DNA of 64,000 nucleotides from an uncultured cyanobacterium (GTDB taxonomy: Bacteria > Cyanobacteriota > Cyanobacteriia > Cyanobacteriales > CAWCAG01): contig CAWDOD010000004.1 in assembly GCA_963803805.1 (NCBI GenBank), forward strand, positions 448,001 to 512,000, in the 5' to 3' direction. Shown piece by piece: positions 20,734 to 28,899 of the stretch. A model generated the notes under the pieces. It searched no databases and was not told where the DNA came from. It was given only the letters and a program-made list of their open reading frames with translations. Made by a program: the position numbers and the translations under genes. The first letter of the stretch is position 1; each line of letters starts with the position of its first letter.

Positions 20734-22746
20734 CTACAAATCGCACCAATTCACTTCTTGCCCATTTTCAGTAATGCAGCCATCCTTAATCTTTAACTCC
20801 CTACCTAAAAATGTCGTTAAGCTGAAGCTAGGACGAACATTTACTGGATAAATTTCGTAGGCTAAAGATTGTTCTAGCAAAATGCCAATAGCTACTTTTT
20901 CCCCCATCACCAGGCTGTCGATATAGTCGGTGTAGTAATGTACCCCAGCCATATTTCGCCCCATGGAGATGTTGGCAGCAAGCTTGTTTAACTCATTCCC
21001 TACTGTTAAGGGTGTTTGTCCTAAATTCGTCGCTTCTCCCAGTTGCTTTCCCTCAGATACATAGGCAAGGGGTAGATCACTATCCTTCTGATACTTATCA
21101 CGAGGAATAATTGCTAAATTTCCCTCACGCTTCACCAACAAAGCATCAGTATCAAAAAAGGCTTTAAGCATAGTCACACAAGCCCCTGCAACGGTAGCGT
21201 GTCCTGCACCATAGGATGGGTGCATTGGTGAACCTTCCGGGAAAGCCATGGGTAGTAAGGCGGTTTTATCTCCTATATTCTCATTAGGATGCTTGAGATA
21301 TTTTCGCAGGTCATTCTTTTTCTCACTATTCTGCTCACCATTGTGTTCTTTGATAAGTTCGAGAAGGTTAATGCCTCCTTGGAGGGTATTGAGAACATCA
21401 TATGTCTGCTGTAATTCCTCAATCCCTGTAATTTTGTTCAAGTTAATTGCTTCCATCCAACCCCCAAGGGCCTCTGGACGCTGGCGACAGTGGACGTTAA
21501 ACTTTTGATACCGTACTGCTTTCAGGGCGCGAGTTGCTACTTCTGTAACTAAGTTAAGAATGTGGGGACCACCAAACAAAGCGAAGCCATCAACTCTACC
21601 CAAACCACTAGCACTCTTTTGTTTAGCTTGGTCTGAGAAAATATTACTAAGCTGTAAAATGCCTGGCTCGAAGGGTGCTTTGTGGCCTAGAAGAATTAAA
21701 CAAGCATTGAGATAAGCTTCGTAGAGAGCATCAAAGTGAACGTAGGTTGCGAGATCCCGCAGGGTAGTTATAAAGCGTTTATCCTGCTCAAATTTATCAA
21801 ACCCCTTCAAATTGGCCCCATCTTGAACATCAAGAAAAACATCCCAGGTAGTCAGGTGATCCAGCCCTGAAAAGGCGAGAATGACCTTTTGCTCAACTTT
21901 TACTGCACCATAGTCAATTAATCCCTTTGTAATATTTTCCTGGCTATTTTCAGGCCCAGGAGTACCAATAAGAAGAAACTGGGATAAATAAGGGCCAATT
22001 AAATCCCCTGATGTAGCACCTCGGAAAATAGTTTGCTCATCTAAGTACTTCTGAGAATTCAATTGGCGTTTACGTCGTTTTAAGCCCGGTGCAGTGGGCA
22101 TCTCGTTTTGCATCCAGGGTAAGGAATTGAGGTGTTGGATCGCCTTTTGAACCTTGTCGTTACCAGTTCCTTTTTGCAACTCACTAAAATAAACATCCCG
22201 TAAAAGAGCTAGCCAGTAAACCTCTGCCATTTCAAAAGTGAGTTGCTCTGAACCCAATTTTGGGGCTGGGGGCATGGTGACGCTGTGGCTGTCGGGGCCG
22301 TGCATTTCAAAGGTTAAGCCTGCTGAGGAAGTTTCCCAACCTCGTTTTTTGACACGATCCTCAACACTTCGCCAACTAATTTCACCATTGGCTTCTGGGG
22401 TTTTACCAAGTTGTAATTGAGGATCATTAAAGAAATCACCTTTGTGGGTTGCTACGCGGAAACGTTTAAATTGTTCGGGTTCGACTAAACCGTTTTCCTT
22501 ATGGGGTAGCCCTTTGGTAAAAGAAGCTACAAACGATTGGTTTTGGAATTTTGCTTCATCACCGTTGGCTTGGTGTTTAGCCCCACAGTTGGTTAGCCTT
22601 ATTGCTTGCCACCGTAGCATTTTAACCCTGAGTTCCCGTAAATGCCTTAGCCCAAAGAAACCACCCAGAAAAAATTTGCGTACTAGGTTTTCTTTTTCTA
22701 GCTTCTCTCTGTCCAGGAAATCACTTAACTGATTGCTATTATTCAT
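20734..22746 (-). CDS. Vanadium-dependent haloperoxidase (bromoperoxidase type)
   Basis: Vanadate-binding motifs VRYQKFNVHCRQRPE, HPSYGAGHAT and RNMAGVHY; also FTKGLPH and EMAEVYWLALLRDV. Confidence 0.92.
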   Translation of the reverse strand: MNNSNQLSDFLDREKLEKENLVRKFFLGGFFGLRHLRELRVKMLRWQAIRLTNCGAKHQANGDEAKFQNQSFVASFTKGLPHKENGLVEPEQFKRFRVATHKGDFFNDPQLQLGKTPEANGEISWRSVEDRVKKRGWETSSAGLTFEMHGPDSHSVTMPPAPKLGSEQLTFEMAEVYWLALLRDVYFSELQKGTGNDKVQKAIQHLNSLPWMQNEMPTAPGLKRRKRQLNSQKYLDEQTIFRGATSGDLIGPYLSQFLLIGTPGPENSQENITKGLIDYGAVKVEQKVILAFSGLDHLTTWDVFLDVQDGANLKGFDKFEQDKRFITTLRDLATYVHFDALYEAYLNACLILLGHKAPFEPGILQLSNIFSDQAKQKSASGLGRVDGFALFGGPHILNLVTEVATRALKAVRYQKFNVHCRQRPEALGGWMEAINLNKITGIEELQQTYDVLNTLQGGINLLELIKEHNGEQNSEKKNDLRKYLKHPNENIGDKTALLPMAFPEGSPMHPSYGAGHATVAGACVTMLKAFFDTDALLVKREGNLAIIPRDKYQKDSDLPLAYVSEGKQLGEATNLGQTPLTVGNELNKLAANISMGRNMAGVHYYTDYIDSLVMGEKVAIGILLEQSLAYEIYPVNVRPSFSLTTFLGRELKIKDGCITENGQEVNWCDL

Positions 22747-22920
22747 GATTCGCTTTGTTTAAAAGAATCCAAATGACCCAATAGTAGTAATCACATCTTG
22801 ATGAGCTATATGTGAGTTCACAAGACGCGATATTAATATTGCTCATCAACAGGAGTTATGTGAGTTCCGGGGTGGATATTAGAAGCAACATAAATCTTTA
22901 CTTTTTTGCAAAGATGTGTA

Positions 22921-23733
22921 TTACTCCAAAAAGTTACTACTAATCAAATCTACTTGAAATACCTCAGCAAATGCTTCAGCTATATCTTGCTGCACTACCT
23001 CAAACTTAATTCCTTGTCTAAACTGAGCTAAACTAGCAACTGGTTTGTTGGCAATACCACAGGGAACAATGCGTTCAAAACCCGTAAGATCAGGACAGAC
23101 GTTAAGGGCAAAACCGTGCATAGTAATCCAGCGACTAACTTTAATACCAATAGCCGCCACTTTATTTCCTTCTACCCAAACTCCTGTTAAACCAGGTTCC
23201 CGCACTCCAGGAAGCCCGTAATTTTTTAAGACTGTGATAATTACTTCTTCTAATTGGCGTAAATACCAATGCAAATCCTGCTGATAGTAACGCAGATTAA
23301 GAATAGGATAACCGACTAGTTGCCCTGGACAGTGGTAGGTAACTTCTCCTCCTCGCTCGATACGATGAACTTCCCAATTGCTATAGTGAGGGGAAAATTT
23401 GAGAAAATCTAATTTAGCTCCTTTGCCCAAGGTATAAACGGGGGGATGCTCTAACAATATAAGTACATCATTAAGGTTAGGGTTTTCTTTTCTTTGGGCA
23501 ACTAAGGCAAGTTGTTCTTGCCAAGCAGTTTTATAGGCTGTTAAGCCTCGATTATATAGCACACATTGCCTGTTCAATTCAACAGCATTTATAGCTTTTA
23601 CCTGGGAATTTAGTTTAAAAAATGTCAAGGGATGCAAAGGATAATAAAGAGTATTTCCGGAAAATATGCTTTCATCTATACAAAGTGTTAAGCTAAGGTT
23701 ATAGAGCAAGTTGTCAAGGAGGAAACTTCTCAA
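22921..23733 (-). CDS. lipB: Octanoyltransferase LipB; true start likely downstream of the ORF start
   Basis: [43 protein letters not shown]. Confidence 0.95.
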   Translation of the reverse strand: MRSFLLDNLLYNLSLTLCIDESIFSGNTLYYPLHPLTFFKLNSQVKAINAVELNRQCVLYNRGLTAYKTAWQEQLALVAQRKENPNLNDVLILLEHPPVYTLGKGAKLDFLKFSPHYSNWEVHRIERGGEVTYHCPGQLVGYPILNLRYYQQDLHWYLRQLEEVIITVLKNYGLPGVREPGLTGVWVEGNKVAAIGIKVSRWITMHGFALNVCPDLTGFERIVPCGIANKPVASLAQFRQGIKFEVVQQDIAEAFAEVFQVDLISSNFLE

Positions 23734-24070
23734 ATCTCACTCCAAAGCTTAGCCAGAGTATAGCTGAAGAAGAACTATCTTTTTAGTTTAAACGCACATA
23801 TTGCACATATACATTCAAAGTCCTTTTTCAGACAAAATCATCTCACAGCCTAGTAAGAGTAGTAAAGTTGAGCTTTGTTGTCAAGATTTAGAGACAATTT
23901 TTATCTTCAATAAATGTTTCAATTAACCAATTTTCTTAGTTGGGGAAAGATATAGGCTTTATACCATATCAATGGCAAAGATTTAATTGAGTATCTCCAG
24001 CTTAAAAAGGAGACAGTTTTCTTCTTTGCTGCCAACAGAAAACTTAGCAGAACGAAATGGAGTATCCAAT

Positions 24071-24736
24071 ATGAAGCTTTTAATCCAGGGCAATAATATT
24101 GTAGTCACCGATGCAATTCGTGAGTATGTTAATACCAAGTTAGAAAAATCTGTTCGACACTTTCAAAATATCACCAGTACTATTGATGTACACTTATCGG
24201 TAGGACGCAATCCCCGGATCACAGGCAGACAAAAAGCAGAGGTTACAGTTCATGCTAATGGTACTGTCATACGCGCTCAGGAGAGTAGCGAAGATTTGTA
24301 CGCTAGCATTGATTTGGTTTCTGATAAAATAGCCCGTCAGCTACGCAAGTATAAAGAAAAACATTTGCATAATAAGACTCATGCCCAACCTAAAACTGGG
24401 GTTATGATTGAAGATGAGCCAGTGGTAGGAGATTTAGTGGGCGATCGCACCCCTGAATTACCTAGTGAGGTGGTACGGACAAAATACTTCACTATGCCAC
24501 CAATGAGTATAGAGGAGGCTTTAGGCAATTTACAGTTAGTTGACCACGATTTCTATATGTTCTGCAACGAAGAAACAGGACAAATCAATGTTATTTACCA
24601 ACGCAATCATGGTGGTTATGGTGTGATTATACCCCGCCCTAGTAATAGTGAAAGCAATGGTAAGAATGGTAGTAATGGCCATGTTAAAGAAGCAGACTAT
24701 GAATCATTAGAGGCATATCCTGCTGCCCAGGTTTAG
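24071..24736 (+). CDS. hpf: Ribosome hibernation promoting factor, long form (LrtA)
   Basis: [10 protein letters not shown] start, [19 protein letters not shown]-terminal VRTKYF...DHDFY...YQRNHGGYG. Confidence 0.93.
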   Translation: MKLLIQGNNIVVTDAIREYVNTKLEKSVRHFQNITSTIDVHLSVGRNPRITGRQKAEVTVHANGTVIRAQESSEDLYASIDLVSDKIARQLRKYKEKHLHNKTHAQPKTGVMIEDEPVVGDLVGDRTPELPSEVVRTKYFTMPPMSIEEALGNLQLVDHDFYMFCNEETGQINVIYQRNHGGYGVIIPRPSNSESNGKNGSNGHVKEADYESLEAYPAAQV

Positions 24737-24773
24737 GATTTAGGGTAGTAGCGGCAGTGGGGGAAAGAAGTTG

Positions 24774-25793
24774 TTAGTTTTCTCGAATAATTAGAGTATA
24801 CTTTCCCTTACTGCCGGACTCATAACTATTAACAATAATGCGATAGGTATCTTCTTTTGGTAAAGTAATCGTTAGCCGAGAATTTTTATTTTCGTTGCTA
24901 ATATCGTCATTTTCGCCGATTACCTGATTATCAGAATTAACTATAGCTAAATAAGCATCAAAGTCTTCGCTTTTTAAGGAAATAGTTATTGATTGGGCTG
25001 TAGTTCCTAGAAAAGGATAACTATCATATAAACTGCTATCTGAACTAAGAGCGTTATCTCCTTCTTCTAAAGCTCCTTCTTTTACCATTAAAGGTAGGGA
25101 ATCTTCATAGCTTTGGGCATAAGCGATCGCACAGAGATTGCCAAAAACAGAATGAACATCACAAGCAACTCCTGTGGCACTGTAGTTTGGTTCAAGGATA
25201 TTTTGTCGATGGATGCGGTTAGGAATACCATCATCAATAACCATCAACATAACAATATCCTGAGCGGAACTACCGCCGTAACTAATATTTTCTCCTCGCT
25301 TTCCTGTGACAATACCGTAGAGGGTAATCTTTTCCTCAAGTTTAATAGAATCCCTAGGTATCCCCTGATTCGTACTAATCCCTTCTTTTACCAAATCCTT
25401 TGCTGCCATAGACATACCGTCAAACGTTGTTAAAGGCGGCAGAGGTTGCCTTTGGCGTAGTACGGTAATTGCTTCATCTAAAGCACTAACCCCTTCTTTT
25501 GTTAAGACGATAGTACGACCAGGTATTCTTAATAAAGTATCGCTGTAATATTGTCTCATCTCCTCTAGCTGATCAGCATAAGCAGCCGGGTTTGTTCGTA
25601 CCTGGTTAATTTGGGCAATAATTTCTTGCTCCAAAACTGATTGTATGATGGGGCTGACTCGTGTAGGATTCGGTATTTCGCTTTGTGCTATCACCTCCCT
25701 ATCTTTTTCATTGGCGAAGGATGATGTAGCGTCGACTCCACCCCATAACAGGGAACTCACTAACAAGGTTGAAGATATTATTTTTAGCTGCAT
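24774..25793 (-). CDS. Secreted CAP (SCP) domain protein with C-terminal pre-peptidase (PPC) domain
   Basis: Signal peptide, INQVRTNP, GENISYG, IDDG...HRQNI; C-terminal FDAYL...ENDD...YRIIVNSY. Confidence 0.85.
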   Translation of the reverse strand: MQLKIISSTLLVSSLLWGGVDATSSFANEKDREVIAQSEIPNPTRVSPIIQSVLEQEIIAQINQVRTNPAAYADQLEEMRQYYSDTLLRIPGRTIVLTKEGVSALDEAITVLRQRQPLPPLTTFDGMSMAAKDLVKEGISTNQGIPRDSIKLEEKITLYGIVTGKRGENISYGGSSAQDIVMLMVIDDGIPNRIHRQNILEPNYSATGVACDVHSVFGNLCAIAYAQSYEDSLPLMVKEGALEEGDNALSSDSSLYDSYPFLGTTAQSITISLKSEDFDAYLAIVNSDNQVIGENDDISNENKNSRLTITLPKEDTYRIIVNSYESGSKGKYTLIIREN

Positions 25794-25890
25794 AGTTAAT
25801 TTTAGTGATCCTCAAGGTTAAGCCATTATAAAAGAAAATTCCCGAATCTTCCTAGTGAAAAGCAAATTATTTAGAAATGTATCAATGGCT

Positions 25891-25947
25891 TATTGCTATT
25901 AAATATCAATATGCTATCCTAAGCTTATTGTGAATAATTACTATCAA
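25891..25947 (+). promoter_or_regulatory. Putative sigma70 promoter overlapped by two Fur-box-like sites
   Basis: TATTGCTATT-A-AATATCAATA (25891-25911) and GAATAAT-T-ACTATCA (25932-25946) resemble TGATAAT-N-ATTATCA; TTGCTA-N16-TATCCT with an extended TG. Confidence 0.55.
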
Positions 25948-25957
25948 GAGGTGCATC

Positions 25958-26095
25958 ATGACAGTCAAATCCCAGCCAGTAAAACAGAGTAAGATTGAGA
26001 TTGAAGTCAAAAATCTTGCCCCGGAAACTAATACAGATACCACCGTTAAAGGTTATCAAAGTGGAGCCTTTGATGGGGATGATGGCTCTGATTAG
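25958..26095 (+). CDS. Unannotated 45-aa peptide, candidate RiPP precursor (MTVKSQPVKQSKIEIEVKNLAPETNTDTTVKGYQSGAFDGDDGSD)
   Basis: Translated by hand. RBS GAGGTG lies 4 nt before the ATG, a promoter lies upstream, a hairpin downstream, and the ORF is co-oriented with the JmjC oxygenase. Confidence 0.75.
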   Translation: MTVKSQPVKQSKIEIEVKNLAPETNTDTTVKGYQSGAFDGDDGSD

Positions 26096-26125
26096 TTAAG
26101 ATACTTTTTAAAATTGGTTTAGATT

Positions 26126-26236
26126 CATATAGCAATTATTAGTACCATGAGGTAAGCCTTAGACTCTATTTTTGCTAATAGCTAGTGGCGAATGGCTAAT
26201 AGAAATGTACCTCCGCAGCTTGGGAATTGCTATATG
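26126..26236. mobile_element. MITE-like repeat, family A (TATAGCAATT termini)
   Basis: 12-bp TIR CATATAGCAATT/AATTGCTATATG; internal ATGAGGTA...GCTAATG-like heptamers...GTACCTC; homologous to 41194-41303 and 63265-63350. Confidence 0.75.
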
Positions 26237-26246
26237 TCTTTTTTGG

Positions 26247-26275
26247 GGAAGTAAAATTGTTACAATTTTGCTTCC
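26247..26275 (+). terminator. Hairpin between the peptide gene and the oxygenase
   Basis: GGAAGTAAAATTGT-T-ACAATTTTGCTTCC, 14-bp arms with one G-U pair. Confidence 0.65.
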
Positions 26276-26350
26276 TTCCTTAGTTTAAGTAAAAGAGATA
26301 ACTTAATCTATTGCTGAAAAAGTATTTATAGCAATCATCCAAGAAATAAC

Positions 26351-27531
26351 ATGGAAAATCTCTCTATTAACTCTGTGATCGCAGAAATTTTATCTCCCTA
26401 CGAATTAGTCGAATTTTTTGAGAAGTATTGGACGCAAAAGAGCATTTTTATTCCTAATAATGGTCGTCGCTTCAACCAGATTTTCTCCTGGCAAAAACTC
26501 AACCATTTACTTAACTTTCATGAGTTCGATTACCCCTCTCTACGTTTAGCTAAAAATGGAGAAGTTTTACCTCCGAAAGAAAACGCTCATTTCCTGAAAC
26601 ATTGTCAAGAGGGAGCAACTTTAATCATTGATCGTTTACACAAACTGGTTCCTGAAGTAGGGCGTTTTGCCGCAGCAATCAAAGATGATTTAGGTCATCC
26701 TTTACAAGTAAATATGTATTGTTCTTGCCCCAAGTACAGGGATTCAAGTGTCATTATGATACCCACGAAGTATTTATTTTACAAGTAGATGGCTGTAAAC
26801 AATGGCATATTTTTGCTGATACAGTTAAGTACCCTTTAAAAGAAGAGAAATCATCTGCTCATTGCCCCCCCGAAAGTGAACCTTATTTAAGCTGTATCCT
26901 CGAACCTGGGGATGTTCTCTATATTCCGAGAGGACATTGGCATTATGCTAAGACAGTAGATCAACCATCTTTACACCTTACTTTAGGGGTACATTGTTTA
27001 ACGGGAATAGACTTTTTGCAGTGGTTAACAAAACAGCTAAAGGAAGAACAAGAATGGCGAACTAATTTACCGGTGATTAATAATAACTGTTCTGTTTCTC
27101 TCAACAAATACTTAGATAGTTTAACAGGGAGTTTAGCTAATTATTTACACACTAACAACTCTAGTGCTGAATATGCACAATATATAGCCAATTCAGAAAA
27201 TCTCATTCCTAAGTATGCCTTTCCCTATCAAGCGGGCTACCAAATTTTTGCCCAAGGTATCAACACAAAGTTTATGCGTCCAAAGTACCAGCGATCGCAG
27301 ATTATAGAATTACCAGGACAGCAAGGTTATAAAATTATAGTTTGGCACAAAGAAATCATCTTAAAAGGTGTCCCCAAATCTTTTGTTAATAAGTTATTTC
27401 ATCAAGAAACTTTTACTGGTATAGATGTAGCCAGTTGGTTGTCAGAGGATTTTGATTGGGAAGTAGATATTGCCCCGACTCTACGGCGTTTAGTTACAGA
27501 AGGAATTATTTTTGTTGTCAATGATGCCTAG
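26351..27531 (+). CDS. JmjC/cupin-4 Fe(II)/2-oxoglutarate oxygenase, split by a -1 frameshift in the C4 run at 26728-26731
   Basis: FFEKYW and GATLII in the first frame; HYDTHEVFILQVDGCKQW and LEPGDVLYIPRGHWH (HxD...H triad), SLHLTLG in the second. Adding one C gives NMYCSCPQVQGFKCHYD. Confidence 0.88.
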
Positions 27532-27629
27532 TAAGCTGGCAGGTATTTATATTGTCGATGGGGGGAGGTAATGGGTAATAGGTAATGGGTAAGAATTACA
27601 GCTTATCATCTTAGTTAATTCAACAATAT
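27532..27629. repeat. Degenerate MITE-like repeat, family B
   Basis: Starts TAAGCTG, contains GGTAATG heptamers, shares AGCTTAT...TTAGTTAA.TCAACAATAT with 54610-54722. Confidence 0.55.
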
Positions 27630-27863
27630 AAGGCTTTGTGATCGCACAATTTTTTTGCCTACAAGTAACATAAAATACGGCAAGCCGAACATTGCTCAGT
27701 TATCAATAAATATACTTAAAAAATAAAATCCATAATCTCTCTGAAGTTAATTGCTAAATTCTTGCATTAAGATGAAAGTCAAGATTTACTCAAATTCCTT
27801 ATTAAACCTAGGAGGAGTGAGAAATCATCTTTTAGTAACAAAAAATTAAATCCCATCTAATTT

Positions 27864-28871
27864 ATGACTCCTTTCTTCTGTGCCAACCTGTCTCGTCAGC
27901 TAGGGGAAGACATCATTGGTAGCGCTCCCTCTTACCAAACCTACATCATGGTAGAATGCCCTTATCCTTGGGCAGAAAATGCCTTTAAATCTCAAGGCGT
28001 TCCCCAAAACTTAAGGGAGTTGGTAGCAGAAGTTAAGGAAGCCAACTTATCTATTCGCTTTCTTTTAACCTTACCCCCGCAACCAGATCCAGAAAATCAG
28101 ACGCGGGTATTAATTTTCCAGAAACAGTCAGGGCTAGCTGTCGGTTATAAGAAACAAGCAATTAAGGTAAGCAATATCACAGATGTTGCACCACTATTAA
28201 ATAAATACTTAACATCAGAAGGTTTGCAAATTGAAGGTAAAGCCAGTAGAATCAGAGATTTCTTTGTTTGCACCCATGGAAGCCATGATAAATGTTGTTC
28301 TCGCTACGGTTATCCCTTCTTTCGCCAAGGTGTAGCTATGGTTGAGAAGCTAGGTTTAGAGGATGTAGGTTTTTGGCAAGTAAGTCATATTGGGGGACAT
28401 AGGTTTGCCCCAACCTTAATTAGCCTACCTGATGGCAGGTATTATGGGGCTTTAGACCAGGAATCTTTACAAGCAATCCTCTTACATCAAGGGGATATCA
28501 CTTGCTTAAACAGAGTTTATCGCGGTTGGGGGCTTTTACCCAGAAAAGTCCAAGTTTTAGAAAGAGAATTAATCTTACGCCACGGTTGGGAATGGTTATC
28601 TAATTCTGTTAGTTGTCGTATTCTTCAAGATTTTCCTGAAAAGAATTTAACCCAAGTAGAGTTATTTTGCCAAACCAGCAACGGAGAGACTTGTGCTTAC
28701 CAAGGAGATATTATCATAGATGAAAGTAAAACTCTGACTATGCCAGGTTCTTGTCATGCAGACAAGGCATCAACCTTTGTTAAGTATACTGCTACAAATA
28801 TTCGTCAAGTAACTAAAGTACAATCTCTAGATCATAAGCGTTCTGTATCTAGAGTCGAAAAATCAGCTTAG
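27864..28871 (+). CDS. Sucrase/ferredoxin-like (Apd1/Aim32-type) thioredoxin-fold [2Fe-2S] protein
   Basis: VCTHGSHDKCC and SHIGGHRFAP Cys/His ligand motifs; VECPYPW; YRGW. Confidence 0.9.
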   Translation: MTPFFCANLSRQLGEDIIGSAPSYQTYIMVECPYPWAENAFKSQGVPQNLRELVAEVKEANLSIRFLLTLPPQPDPENQTRVLIFQKQSGLAVGYKKQAIKVSNITDVAPLLNKYLTSEGLQIEGKASRIRDFFVCTHGSHDKCCSRYGYPFFRQGVAMVEKLGLEDVGFWQVSHIGGHRFAPTLISLPDGRYYGALDQESLQAILLHQGDITCLNRVYRGWGLLPRKVQVLERELILRHGWEWLSNSVSCRILQDFPEKNLTQVELFCQTSNGETCAYQGDIIIDESKTLTMPGSCHADKASTFVKYTATNIRQVTKVQSLDHKRSVSRVEKSA

Positions 28872-28899
28872 AGGCAATAAATACTATGATAAATGAGAT

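Noticed and set aside
20642-20851. 69-aa plus-strand ORF
   Set aside because: It spans a REP palindrome and the antisense end of the haloperoxidase; there is no coding signal.
20734-27531. Haloperoxidase as a tailoring enzyme for the 45-aa peptide
   Set aside because: It is on the opposite strand and separated by lipB, hpf and the CAP gene; there is no evidence of linkage.
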